The notes below the pieces were generated by a model, which saw only the letters and a program-made list of their open reading frames with translations, made no database searches and was not told the origin of the DNA. From Octopus sinensis (lineage: Eukaryota), in NCBI RefSeq assembly GCF_006345805.1, contig NC_043015.1:11718001-11782000 (forward strand): a stretch of DNA of 64,000 bases, read 5' to 3'. The translations under genes were made by a program, and so were the position numbers. Below, in pieces: positions 50,299 through 63,128 of this stretch; the first letter of the stretch is position 1; each line of letters begins with the position of its first letter.

Positions 50299-52724
50299 GG
50301 ACACAGAAAAAAACAAGGAGAGAAAAAAATGCGTGTAGTGGCTAACAATCTATCATGGAGATATATATGTATATGTGCAAGGTGAATAGCCCGTCGTTGT
50401 CTGGCAATTTTTACAATAGGTTGTCATATACATTTTTGTTTATTCCATGTTAGACCATGCCTTCTCCGATAGATAGGACAGATTTGTGCAATTTTTCGCA
50501 AAAAAACTTCTATGACGATCTTTTCCTTTTAAAACTATTTACATGTTTGTTCGAGACTTTCACATGGCTTTATTCATTAAAACTTACGAAAACTTCAGAA
50601 GCTCTTACAACTTTGATCTTCGTAATGCTTTGCTTTTGTTTGCTTAATAAAAATTCCTTCACGTAATGATTTTGCTTCATTTGTGATAGCAGAAAATGCT
50701 AGATTCCAAATCCTGTTTTCTGATTTGATAAACTTAATTAAACTTCAAACCCCAGGAACATTTTACTGCAATTTTTCTGTAACAAATAACAAAATCGAAT
50801 TTCACGTGGAAAATTATTTCAATATACCAAATTTGAAAATTTTGACGTAATTTTGATATTTCCCAATGTAACAGTTACAAGGAAGACCCTACAACAGTAG
50901 AGAGACAGCTAAAACGTATTGGAAAGAGGAAAACGGAAGTGAATATTTTTCAGAACCATTAGAATCTTGAGATGATGTAAAATTCCATATAAGTAGTGTT
51001 GAAGGTGCAATGTAAAGAAATAACTGCGCTGAATGTTTTTATATTCTTACGCCTTCTAGTTCGAGCTGTGTGTTATTTTTCATTTTATGCTAAGAATCAA
51101 ACAGTTTTAGCTATGGAACAAAATGAAAGACAATATCTATATTGTTTCAGTATGTTTGTAAAGTGCTTTTATAAATCTTAATACGGTGATTTGAAAACAA
51201 ATATAAAAACACTTTACATTTCACTTGTTAGTGCTACATCTGTTGTTGGATATATTGTAAAAGTTTTGAGTGAGCATACGATAGTTAATTCACTTAAGTG
51301 TATGCGTTAAGTGATAGGTAAAAATTAAAGAACAAAGTATTAAAATTTGCTCTTTCCTTCAGTAAACACATTCTCTCTCTCTCCCACTCTGTCCCTGTAT
51401 CTCGTTCTCTGTCAGTCTCTCACATTTCCTGTCTCTCTCTATCTCTTCCAGTCTCATCCCCTTCCCTGATATCAGCTACCATCAATGTGCCACCACATTA
51501 CCCTTAACCTAACACTCTTTGCACCATTCTCATTTTATCATATAATGGCACAACCCTCGTAGAGTGCACATTATCGATTTTTATTGAAATCCAATTAGCC
51601 TTGGATGTTAGTTTAACATGTATGCAAAGTGTCGTGGTGATTGGTTCACTGGTATAGACATCACGATGGTAACAGCCAAAAAGACAGAAATTCCCATTAA
51701 TATACAAAATATACATACACACGCATATATATATTTTTTTTTCTCTATTTTTCTACTCCTCTATCGATCATTCTATCTGTATGTCTATCTATCTATTTTC
51801 TATCTATGAAAAGAGAGTTCACATCACGGCTCTATCACTGCTCTATCAAACATGCTACCAGTATCCTTTGCCAACGAAAAGAATTGAATAGAATGGTTTT
51901 CTACCTTGACATGACTTGAAGTTAGAGTGCAACGTAATGTCCATTTTGGGAGGGTTTGAGATGGAGGCGAGTGGTTACATCTACTCAGTACTTGTCATGT
52001 ACCTATTTTATGAATCTTGAAAGACGCAACTCCTGAAAGAATTAAAGCCATGTCAACACCAACACTTGAGATTTGAACTCAGAACCTAGAGCGATGAGAT
52101 TAAAGAAATACGACAAAACATTTTGTCGATAGATCTACCAATTCTCCCAATGTCCGCCTCTTGTACATAAATTATACAGTCCAGTCATTTTAGTTACATT
52201 TGAAGAGAACCAAGAAAATGTCTGTGTAACAACAATTTAGGAAATACATAAGAGGCCAGTATCGCCATTTTTTCATTTTTTTCTTTTAGTAGTCTCTGAT
52301 CAGAATTGTTAAAAGAAATAATCTCTAATTCCCAAAGTAGCCTCAAGTAGCATGGTGTTTGGAATAGAATGTTTATTCTCATGTTCTCGTAACACGTGAC
52401 ATCGTAGACATTACAATGAACGATCGATGTTATCTTGTATTGGCTGACATTTTAAATCGCTGTCTCTTAAAATTCTAAGCCGTAGATTATGTTCGGTTTG
52501 TCAAAGAATATGCTGCTGCAACTTGCTGCTGCAGCTACTTGTTGCTGCAGCTACTTAGTGCTGCGGCTGCTTGCTACTGTTTGCTGCTGCTTGCTGTTGC
52601 TGCTGGTTCTGCTGCTGCAGTTGCTGTTGCAGTTACCGCTTGCTTTTCACTGCTACCTGTTCTTACTACCACTATGCAAATATATAAACTTACAATTCAC
52701 GAAATCAACGATAGGCACAGACGT

Positions 52725-53272
52725 GGCTATTGCAAGAAGATGCTTCCAAGCCACCTGGCTCCACGTTCAGTCCCACTATGTGGCACCTTACACGTCTATC
52801 TCCTACTACAGCCCAAAGCTAACGAAAGCCTTATGAGTGGGTTTCATAGACGGAAACTGAAAGAAGCCCATCATATATCTCTCTATATATAAACGGCAGT
52901 TTGTCTGTGTGTGTTTCTGTGTGTCTGTTTGGTTGTACCCTCACCCTGACCACGGCTTTCAACCAATTCTGATGAAACTTGATACACACATAGCCCAATG
53001 TCATAATTCAAAACTAACGCAGCGAAAATTTTGAAAAGTTCCCCCAGTTCTGAAAAAATCGATAAATTCGACATGGGGTCGAGAATCAGAAACACAAACC
53101 ACAAACTGTGTAGGGGACGCAACTCCACCTTTTTTAACTATCAAATAAAAATTTACCATCATTTTTTTTCCATTTTTTTGCTATTTTTTGGCTATAACTC
53201 TCTAAAAATGCTTTATAGTTATTTCCCTTACAAACCTGAGCAACGCCGGGCGATACTGCTAGTATATATATA

Positions 53273-53307
<35 letters not shown>

Positions 53308-53605
53308 ACACAAAAACACATATGCATAGATTTATATGTATATGTGTATATATCTACGAGTGTGTATGTATGTCTTTGTGTTTGTGTTTTTACCTTATTG
53401 CTGCTTGACAACCGGTGTTGTATTGCTTACGTCCTTGCGGCATAGTGGTTCGGCAAAATCTGACAAAGTAAGTACCAGGCTTAAGAAAAAAGAATAAGTA
53501 GTGGGATTGATTCAGATAAGTACTGGGTTCGAATAAAAACCCTGAAGGTGGTGCCCCAACATGACCGCAGCCCAGTGAACGAAACAAGGGAAAGATAAGA
53601 TAGAA
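52725..53605 (+). mobile_element. Family B SINE interrupted by a Helitron-like insertion
   Basis: 5' half at 52725-52877 (GTTCAGTCCCACT...GACGGAAACTGAAAGAAGCCC); 3' half at about 53395-53605 (TTGACAACCGGTG...GGTGCCCCAACATG). Confidence 0.7.
52878..53262 (+). mobile_element. Non-autonomous Helitron-like (HINE/DINE-type) element
   Basis: A|TC start, subterminal GC hairpin CCTGAGCAACGCCGGG, CTAG|T end, internal (GT)-rich tract, no target duplication. Confidence 0.7.
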
Positions 53606-54574
53606 GATTTGTTGTTTGGTTCTCAATTATAGATATTTCATTTCACTTTGACAGAAGCATTGCTATTCAAATACATAACTGCATAGTTGGACTAAGCTAG
53701 CGAGGGAGTGTGTAGGGGATCGTTGAATATGGAAGAAATACCAGTTGAAATTCCGGAGTCAGGCATTAAAAATCAAACGAATGACGGCAGTCGAGACTAG
53801 AATGTTTCAAATAGCAGGTTTTCTTCATTAGACTACTGGTATTGAAGATAAAAAGAAATACACACATACACACACGCGCTCACACACACAAACACACACA
53901 CACACACAAACATATATATATAAACACACACATATAGAAAGAAAAAATTAGATAGGGAAATATATTTTGACAGAGTGAGAAAGAGAAAGAGAGAGAGAGA
54001 CAGAGAGATAGGGAGAAAGAGAGAGAGAGAGAGAAAGAGTGAGAGACTGAGAGAGGGAAAGACAGAGAGAGAAAGATATTCTAATGACCAATCCATTAAG
54101 CAACTGAATTTTTGGAGCACCAGTCAAGAACACAATAAAACGTTTTACATTTTCAGAAATGTTTAAATGCCATAAAGTTATACAGTAAATGATAGAAGCA
54201 AGAAAGGGGAAAGGAGCCAGAGAGAGAGAGAACGAAAGAGACTAACAAATAGACGGGCAAAACGTAGAAAGAATTTTCATTTAATGGGAACAGACCAGCC
54301 TTCTATAAACTGACGAATCTTTACTCAGTTTCTCGTTTCGGCCGCTGCATTGAACCGTAAGATTAGTTTTATTCACTGCTATCTATTTACAATGTGGTGG
54401 GACTGGACCACTTGAAAATTAATTATTTTTGTATAAATATATTACGTGGAATGTAACAACAGAAATACGAATAAATTCTCGATTATTCAATCGGACTTGT
54501 GTTCCTTTGAGTTGTTAGTAATTTCATTCACACATACATAGACCCTCCACTCATATACGCTTCTAAAATTAGGT

Positions 54575-54581
54575 GTAAGGG

Positions 54582-54622
<41 letters not shown>

Positions 54623-54645
54623 GCTAATACTACTACTACTACTAC

Positions 54646-54693
<48 letters not shown>

Positions 54694-54700
54694 CAACAAC

Positions 54701-54770
<70 letters not shown>
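54575..54770. repeat. (TAA)n microsatellite
   Basis: Directly visible. Confidence 0.97.
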
Positions 54771-54773
<3 letters not shown>

Positions 54774-55890
54774 TTAGATATTCTAATCTAGATTGTGTGA
54801 ATACTGAGTAAAGACATTGGAATTCAGTTTTGGATTGATAAATGCGCAGTAATAACTATAAAGTGAAGGAGAAAAATAAAATCTGATGGCATAAAATTAC
54901 CACAAGATGTCTTTTGATGGCTGTGGAATAATGAGGGATAGAAAATACCTAGGAATACTGCATGATGTTAAGATAATCGAAAGAGACAGGAGAGAGACTG
55001 TCACTAAAGTGTTCGAGGGAATTGGGAAGGTACTCGAAGCAAAATTAAATGGGGATGGCATCTTTAAAGCCATAAATACATGGAAAATGTCAGGATTGAG
55101 ATACTCTGCCCCTTCTCTTAAATGGACAAAAACCGAGCTATAGAACTTAGAAGGCAATGCACAGCGTACGTCATCCTGAAATTCTGCAACACTGGAGCTG
55201 GCAGACAGACATGTCAAAAAAGTGACTAAAACGGTGGGAGAATTCAAAGAGAAAAGAAGGTAAAACAGAATGAATAAACGGAAAGAAATATAACTGCATG
55301 GCCAATTCATGCAACAAACAGAAGATGTTGGAAGTAAAGCTCGCTAGCTTTAGTTGATGGACGGGATCTTTTAACGAGAAACGCAAACGTTAACGAATAA
55401 GACCTTAGAACAAATATAATATCGACAAAACTCAGCCAGACAACAAACGCAACATCTGCAGCAAAGGGAAAGAGAGCATCAATCACATTTCTAGTGAGTG
55501 CGGTATACTAGCACAAAGGCAATACAAGCGCAGACATGAGTGTAGCGGCAAAATGTGTATAGGAGTGTTAACCGAGTGTGTGGTTTCAGAACAACAGAAA
55601 GATGGTGTGAACACGAACTAGAGGTTGTGATGGAAAATGAGAAATACAAGATCTTGTGCGACTTCTCCATGAGGTCTAACCATAGTACTGAGGCAAGAAG
55701 ACCATACACGATTATAAAGGCAAAATAAGTAAGCGATGCAAGATAATAGATCCCCGTTGATGTAGATGCCCTGCAACTGATCGAGAAATGAAGTTATAAC
55801 CAGATCCCTGGAAAAACAGCATTCAATGAGACTCAGGAAATTGTGCTGACATCAACGGCTCGCATTCTCAGGAAGCTTCTCTCCATCTAA
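54771..55890 (+). mobile_element. R4/Dong-clade (RLE) non-LTR retrotransposon 3' fragment 1, pseudogenised
   Basis: SKDIGIQFWIDKCAV (cf. DIGMEFGLDKCA), KYLG, LNGDGIFKAINTW...LRYSA, CCHC region ...KESINHISSECGILAQRQYKRRH, end QEIVLTSTARILRKLLSI*. Confidence 0.85.
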
Positions 55891-55974
55891 TATATACATC
55901 CCTTAGGTCTCTAAGGGATGTATATATTAGATGGAAGATGAAAGGAAATGCAAATCAATCGAAAACTAATAATA

Positions 55975-56816
55975 ATGATACTAAAAGCCACAGCCTGCAG
56001 GAGATCAAAAGCTCTGGACTAAAACCAGAAACGGAAGGACTGATTTGCTGACAGACTGTATGTGCCTAGAAACAGGGTGGGAAAGGTTTCATAGGATGCA
56101 AGATCTGCCTTGTCAACAACAAGAACAGTCTGGAATGGTACAGAACCAATGTCTGCCCACAAACAACTATAAAAGTTGTTTGTGGTCAACAACAGCACAA
56201 AACCAATGTCTGACTACAAACAATTATAAAAGCAAAATAATGAAAATAAGCCCTAACAAGATATGCAGAATGTGCAACCAGCACAATGAGATAATTAAAC
56301 ACATTATTTCTGGCTGTCCAGTCCTAGCTAAATCGGAATGTATATACCGATATGTCCGAGTAATTAGTTATATCTACTGTGCAACATGCTAACGCTACAG
56401 CATAAAATTGATAAGAAATGGTATAAACATGTGTCATACAAGGTGCATGAAAACGACCAAGCCACAATCATCTGAGACATTGCCTGTTCAAACAGCACCC
56501 AGATCTAAAAATTAAGGATTGTGATAAAATGCTTACTAACTTATAGACATTGCAGTTTTGACTAAAATATAGACCAAAAAGCAGTGGATAAATTGTCAAA
56601 GTAGATAGATCTCAAAATTGAAGTAGTCAAGATTTGGGGAATGAAGATGAAAACAAAATCAGAAATAATTTGAACTTTGGGTATGATAAAAAAACAAAAA
56701 CAGGAAGGAACAAAAACATAGAAGCTATAGCTGGTCCTTCAAATCTACATCCTATCCAAAACGTTACCCTACTAAGAACAGCCCACATTTTACGCAAGGC
56801 ACTATCAATTCAATAG
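55975..56816 (+). mobile_element. R4/Dong-clade 3' fragment 2 (CCHC + RLE)
   Basis: LKPETEGLIC, CRMCNQHNEIIKHIISGCPVLAKSECIYRY, end LLRTAHILRKALSIQ*; small internal duplication at 56140-56235. Confidence 0.85.
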
Positions 56817-57177
56817 TACAACCAAAATAAAACAGTCTACAAATACAAAACGCACTCCATACAGTAAATATAAAATATAAAATATAAAACCACCACAACA
56901 TGTAATCTACAGATTGCATATCCAACAGAACAGAACTTGCATTACACACGCACACACAGCACACAATACAATCACCAATACAATGAAGGACTAAAGATAC
57001 ACGCTATAACAAAGCAAACTGATGTAATGCAACACCGGGATGAGTTTGTACCTCCCCAAACAACAAGAAAAAACAAGAACACACAGTCAGCAACACACAG
57101 TCAGCAGGTAGAAATTTACCTGAAATTATCAAGTGTCAATAATAATAATAATAATAATAATAATAGTAATAATAATA

Positions 57178-57589
57178 TTGTTTGACCTTAACCAGTTGAG
57201 CATGTCCCTTAGTGGCTGACGATATGTGCATCTCTGATCACGAGCAGAAGTAGTGGGGGAGCATCATAGCCATGTGATGAGAGGGATTCTTTGGAGTTTT
57301 AATAATTCACCTCTGGAAACATGGGTGTTTCGTTCAACATCCTTAAACAAACCTTATTCAGGGACCTTTTGAGCGGGATGGGTTACTCGACCAGAAGAAA
57401 ATTCTAACTGACCCCCACTTGCAAGGTCATGTGCTGTTTATCTTGATGTGAGATCACCATGTCGCGCCCATATGGTTGTGATGCCTGTGCCTAGTGTACC
57501 CTTATCAAACGGGTAGTCATGATGCGTATACTGGGCTTTGTACATTTTACCCCAGTGTTACTTTGATGGCATGCACTGCTCTGTCACTC

Positions 57590-57640
<51 letters not shown>
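57178..57640 (+). mobile_element. Non-coding retroposed unit (LINE 3' UTR or SINE) with (AAT)n on both sides
   Basis: About 410 bp of unique sequence ending CACTC(AAT)n and preceded by (AAT)n; family not identified. Confidence 0.5.
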
Positions 57641-57643
<3 letters not shown>

Positions 57644-58029
57644 CTTTTCTACTGTCGGCGTTATGAAATCAAAACTGTTAACAAGTAATAGAAGCATCAC
57701 CCTGAGACTGTAACTAGAGGAGACATGTAAAGACGGGATAGTCGTTTACATCGACCCCAGTACGTAACTGGGACTTATTTCATCGACCCTGAAATGATGA
57801 AAGTAAAATTCGACCACGGCAGAATTCGAACTCAGAATGATGAAGATGGACGAAATATCTTATAATGATAATACTCATGACGATGATGATGATGTTCAAT
57901 GAAGATGTACATGGCCAGTCAGTAAAAGAATGGGATGCAAAGGAAATGATAGCAAATATAGATTCAGTAGTGTATGAAGTATATGTGTATGGCGGAACAT
58001 TGCTGGTGATTATACAACGCGTCCAAAAT

Positions 58030-58450
58030 GTATTGATGTATTTATAACAAGGTTAGTATCAAGACCGCTAAGTAATTTACTTAATTATTAATGGTCTAGG
58101 ATCACTACGTAATTACTATGGTTAAAAGGATCTACTGAGTTGTTAGAAATAACACATTGAGTGGAGTGCAGACGTAACTGGGAACCATTAATAATTATAA
58201 CAAATTTTAGGACTCTAGGAAACACTGCTACGCTTTATCAGTTTATATTGTAGGTAGTCGATATATTGGAATAACTATGTAAGTAGCTATAAAAGTTGTT
58301 ACATATTGGTGATTGCGGCTCATTTTTGGTCTCTATTTTCTGGTTCAAATTCAGTGAATTTGTGTTGTTATGGATTAGATTTTGCGCAAACATTAACGTT
58401 AAATATAAATCGTATATGGGCCAACTTCTACTTAAGTAGTTGCGAGGGTT
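58030..58450 (-). mobile_element. Eroded BEL/Pao RT fragment
   Basis: Minus strand EVGP, PENRDQ, IYRLPTI....A..FL (cf. YRL.TVTYG.A.APFL), NYV/DD-like. Confidence 0.5.
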
Positions 58451-59059
58451 AATAAATTGTGAATCCTGGTATGGTTTAGGTAGATTAAATATCCGTAAGT
58501 TATTTGGGTTATTGGCTTAAAAGAGGTAATTATTATTGAGTAAATGCATAAGCCATAGTCGGATGATTTTAGTAGTAGGTGAAAAATTCAGGTAAGTTAA
58601 AAATGTAGTAATGTAATATAAAATAAGATGTAAAGCATAATATATTATATTGCAGCATAGTATGGTAGAAAGTACAAAGTAATGATTGAAGCAGAGTATG
58701 AAAATTGAAAAGGGTTATGTATAAGACTTAGAAACGCATGTATGTATATGTGTGTGTATGTGTGTGTTGATAGATAGATTTACAGAGACATGCAAACAGA
58801 CCAACGGAGACAGAGCTTTGGATCCCCGATTCAATTGTTACAGACGTAAAATTATAAGAAAAACTCATATTTCATTGAAGAATTTAATATGAATGAAGAG
58901 CTGACCCCAAATAGTCCGTGTTGTTAAAGAAGTGAACAAATACGAATACATGTGTATGAGAGAGAGGGGGTTTATGTGTATGTGTGTGTGTCTGCGTGTG
59001 TATACCCCTGTGTATACTTACAAATATGCTCATGTCTATATGGCGTTAGCATAGGCAAG

Positions 59060-59600
59060 GTAGCCAAACTCAAGGTTACTGCAACCAATCCATTTTCTTC
59101 CGCATGCAAATATACCTTTTATCATCAACTTGGGTGCAAAACATTTCTCAGAAAACAGAGACTTTGTGATTCCGTTAACGTTAAAATCTATTCACTATCT
59201 GTTTCACTTTATATCTGGTGGTCTACATAGAGACACTTGCTAATAGGTTCTTCGAAACTAACTCACAAATTACTGACTGTTCTCGAATGACTGTTCAGAG
59301 CGATGTAAAAATAGTTGAATCCCCAGGCATCACCTTTAAATTAATAGAAATGCCAGCCTTCTCAATAAACATGGAAAGTTTCGAATATAACCACAAGTTT
59401 GTTAACTACGTCAAGTGCATTCGAATCAACCTTGTAAGGATAATTCATTAATGGTATCCTCGTTACCAAATACTTAAACAGAATTCAGAATATTACAATG
59501 AAAACCTCAGAACATTCTTGTTCACAAAACTTGATAAATACCACCAGCATACACAAAACTCATTTGCTAAACAATAAAAAAAGATGTGGTTGCTCCGATC
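59060..59600 (+). mobile_element. Eroded BEL/Pao-like integrase fragment
   Basis: NPFS, KIY, VYIETL (cf. VHLELV), GITFKL...VNYVK (cf. GI.WKF...V..VK). Confidence 0.35.
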
Positions 59601-59681
59601 TACACTACATTCTGAACACCTACAGCAAAATTTTCAAGTCATTAAGCCAAAAATGTTCGAATAATCACAAATATTCTCTTT

Positions 59682-59919
59682 TTTCTCTTTTACTTGTTTC
59701 AGTCATGAGACTGTGGCCATGCTGGAGCACCGCCTTTAGTCGATCAAATCAACCCAAGGACTTATTCTTTGTAAGCCTAGTACTTATTTTATCGGTCTCT
59801 ATTTTGCCGAACCGCTAAGTTACTGGGACGTAAACACACCAGCATCGGTTGTCAAGCGATGTTGGGGGGAACAAACACAAACACAGACGCACAAACGTAT
59901 ACACACAAACACACACACG

Positions 59920-60011
<92 letters not shown>

Positions 60012-60197
60012 TATATATACATATATATATATACATACATATACATATATACGACGGACTTCTTTCCGTTTCCGTCTACCAAATCCACTCACAAATCTTT
60101 GGTCGGCCCGAGGCTATAGTAGAAGACACTTACCCAAGGTGCCACGCAGTGGGACTGAACCCGGAACCATGTGGTTCGTAAGCAAGCTACTTACCAC
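59682..60197 (-). mobile_element. Family B SINE, full length, with expanded central microsatellite
   Basis: Reverse complement of 15214-15618. Confidence 0.87.
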
Positions 60198-60479
60198 TCG
60201 GCCGTCGACTTCCGTACCAAAACAATACCAAAATATTCTACACTATCGCTCACAAATTTACTCAATAATAATTACGTTTAGTTTAATAATCCTTTCTCCT
60301 AATAACAGTTATTAAATACTCACAGCGAAGAAGAAACACACGAAACTGAAACAGGGCCAATCTCAACAAATGCCTTTCCCTAGGAAGTAACCAAGCAAAA
60401 GAACTAGTGTTCTATGTTCCCCTTAAAAACAACTCGTTTACATCTACACGCCACTAACTACCAACTCTTACTATAAAAT

Positions 60480-61065
60480 TATATAATCATATTTCTTATT
60501 TATTCGTCAACACTACCAGGATATATTGCAAATAAGCTGGAGCATGATTTGACTCAAAGTCATGTACATATAAGAAAACGCAGCCAATTTTATACATCAG
60601 AATCATGTGTATTTTTTCCAAAATCCAATTACTTTCCCCCCGAACTAAGCTTGCCTCTCAGGCGCATAGTATTCTTCCCGGGCTGTAAATGTATTCAGTA
60701 CATTACAATTATTATTATTATCTTTGATTATTCTGTATGTATGTCCTGGAAAGTCACAAAGAATCGTTACACTTTCTCCGTGAGTTACAGCCTTAGTGTG
60801 GCGCTTGTACCATTTGAAAACAGTTTTAATATTATAATGTCGATATACTAACCATTGTAGATATAGGCCAACTCTGTTATGTCTTGATTTATACTCCACA
60901 AACGTAAAAAAAATTACATCCAATTATTAGGAGGTCCACTGCTTCAATTTCATCATTGCAGAATCGGCACTTCAGGTCCACTCCATTTTCATTACATTGG
61001 CATGGTAGTTCTCGGTCAATAATCTTTGATCTTGAGCAGCTAATATGAAGCTTTCGCTCTCTAAT
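60480..61065 (-). mobile_element. R4/Dong-clade 3' fragment 3
   Basis: KCRFCNDEIEAVDLLIIGC, then EYKSRHNRVGLYLQWLVYRHY...KWY...VTILCDF..HTYR; (TAA)n at its 5' edge (61073-61090). Confidence 0.8.
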
Positions 61066-61089
61066 TTTAACCATTGTTATTATTATTAT

Positions 61090-61295
61090 GAAGGTGGCGA
61101 ACTGGCTGAATCGTTAGCACGCGCCGGGAGAAATGCTTAGCAGTATTTCGTCTGTCGCTACGTTCTGAGGTCAAATTCCGCCGTGCTCGCCTTTGCTTTT
61201 CATCCCTTCGGGGTCGATTAAATAAGTACTACTTACGCATAGGGGTCGATGTAATCGACTTAACCCCTTCCTCCAAATTTCAGGCCTTGTATCTA
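61090..61295 (+). mobile_element. Family A SINE
   Basis: Head and body motifs. Confidence 0.82.
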
Positions 61296-61759
61296 AAGAA
61301 AGTGTTGTTATTATTATTTTTATTTTTATCATCATAATCATCATCATTATCATCATCATCATCACCATCATGATCATCATCTTCACCATCATCGTAGCAT
61401 AATTAGTGATTCTCTCATTAATATTTTGGTAACTACCACGGAGTTTATATTTCCACTGACAAGGATTTAATCTAGCCGATGCCTTTTTACATTTGTCTCC
61501 CTTACATGCCAACGGGAAGGTTAAAACAACGTCAGAGACTGAACTAATTTTGTTTTATCCTGCTGGTATGGTTAGTACCCAGCCGCAAGTATGTTTTATT
61601 TCTTGTCTGTGTATATACAGCATATATACCGATATGAAGATGTGAATGTTCATCACATCTGACAATCACTGTATAGGAACGAATGAGAATACTCTAGTTG
61701 ATCCCTCATTCTGATAGAAATAGCAGCAATACTTTTATAATTTTCCTTAAATCAGGTTC

Positions 61760-62250
61760 TAATTAGAGCTGTATATTTTATAATATAGTACTCGATACAT
61801 CGTACCTGTAAAAATAAAAGATGGACTAGTCAAGTCTAAAGCGCTTTTGATCGCTGTCAACTCGATCAGAACTGACTTGGGATTAAACAACATTGAGAAC
61901 AGTAACATCCCAAACTCTACGTTATCAACGTAGCCAACAACTACACTTAGTAGGAAGCCATGTAAACGAAATCTGGTCAATCAAACCGTTAAATAATTTC
62001 AAAGAGAATTTGCTTTATATTGTCATTCATCCTCTGCAGATTCTCTCTTTCTCTTTTAACCTTCGATAATCCTTCCAGATTTTTGTGAGAGAACAAATTC
62101 TCTTGAGATATCCACATGTCGACCGCTTCACCTGGCATGTTCGAAAGGATGTCGATAGGAATTGTAAATGTATAGAAACATCCTATTTGATATCGTCTTT
62201 CGTTTCTATATATTTTAACCTTCACATTAATTTTTTTCCGGTATGTTATT
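61760..62250 (-). mobile_element. RNase H domain relic of an I/Nimb-type LINE
   Basis: FVY..G (cf. VYTDGS), SVLIELTAIKSALD (cf. SVF.AEL.AI..AL), FIFTGT (cf. IFTDS). Confidence 0.5.
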
Positions 62251-62566
62251 CTTTACACCGGATTTGCCCTTATCTTTCTATGATTCTTTGGTTATCGTAA
62301 AAGACACCAAACGGAGCAGATAAATAGAAATACGAAGAGAAGCATATGATAAAAAATAAACAAACTTTCTTAAAAGTAAATATGAAGTATATGTAAGATA
62401 TGAAAGTTTTCAGGGAAATCAATGGTGATCTAAATTTCAAAGTGTCTATGCTTTAGGCATATGTGCATTCTATGACAGTTGAAATATTTTTCCATGCGTC
62501 AAATATATATATATATCTACTACTACCACTACTACTACTACCACCATATATATATATATATATATA

Positions 62567-62604
<38 letters not shown>

Positions 62605-62677
62605 TACTACTACCATATATATATATTATATATATATATATATAATATATATATATATATATAATATATATATATAT

Positions 62678-62739
<62 letters not shown>

Positions 62740-63117
62740 GTACAGATGTACGTATGTATAATTCAAAATATTATAGAAAATGTGTAGCGCTGCGGGTGTT
62801 TATAGTAGACATCTGTCTAGTTACTGAGATGAAATCGTTGTTATTTTACTTCACATATTTTACACTAAATATATCTTGTTAAAGGCATGGATATTATGCA
62901 ATCCCAATTTCCTTTCACAAATGTCTATAATGTACATATTTATACGTTGTCGATAAAGAATATTTCCCAGTTATACTTTTGTGCCCAACACCTAACCCCT
63001 TAAACGTGTTGCTTTAAGCGCATTCAAAAGAAATGAATATATAAATATATAATCCTTAAAACATTCACCTCTGACGCGCAACGAAAGAAGTACAAGTAGA
63101 CGATTCACTCAGTTATA

Positions 63118-63128
63118 GCCGCCATTTT
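63118..63128 (-). promoter_or_regulatory. YY1-like/initiation-context motif AAAATGGCGGC
   Basis: GCCGCCATTTT on the plus strand in relatively repeat-free, CpG-containing sequence; possible 5' end of a minus-strand gene. Confidence 0.3.

Noticed and set aside
52489-52660. Poly-Ala/Leu/Gln coding segment
   Set aside because: Degenerate (CTG)n low-complexity tract without exon boundaries.
58000-58700. Possible mitochondrial insertion (AT-rich, mito-like composition)
   Set aside because: No mitochondrial protein or tRNA motif recognised; BEL RT motifs explain it better.
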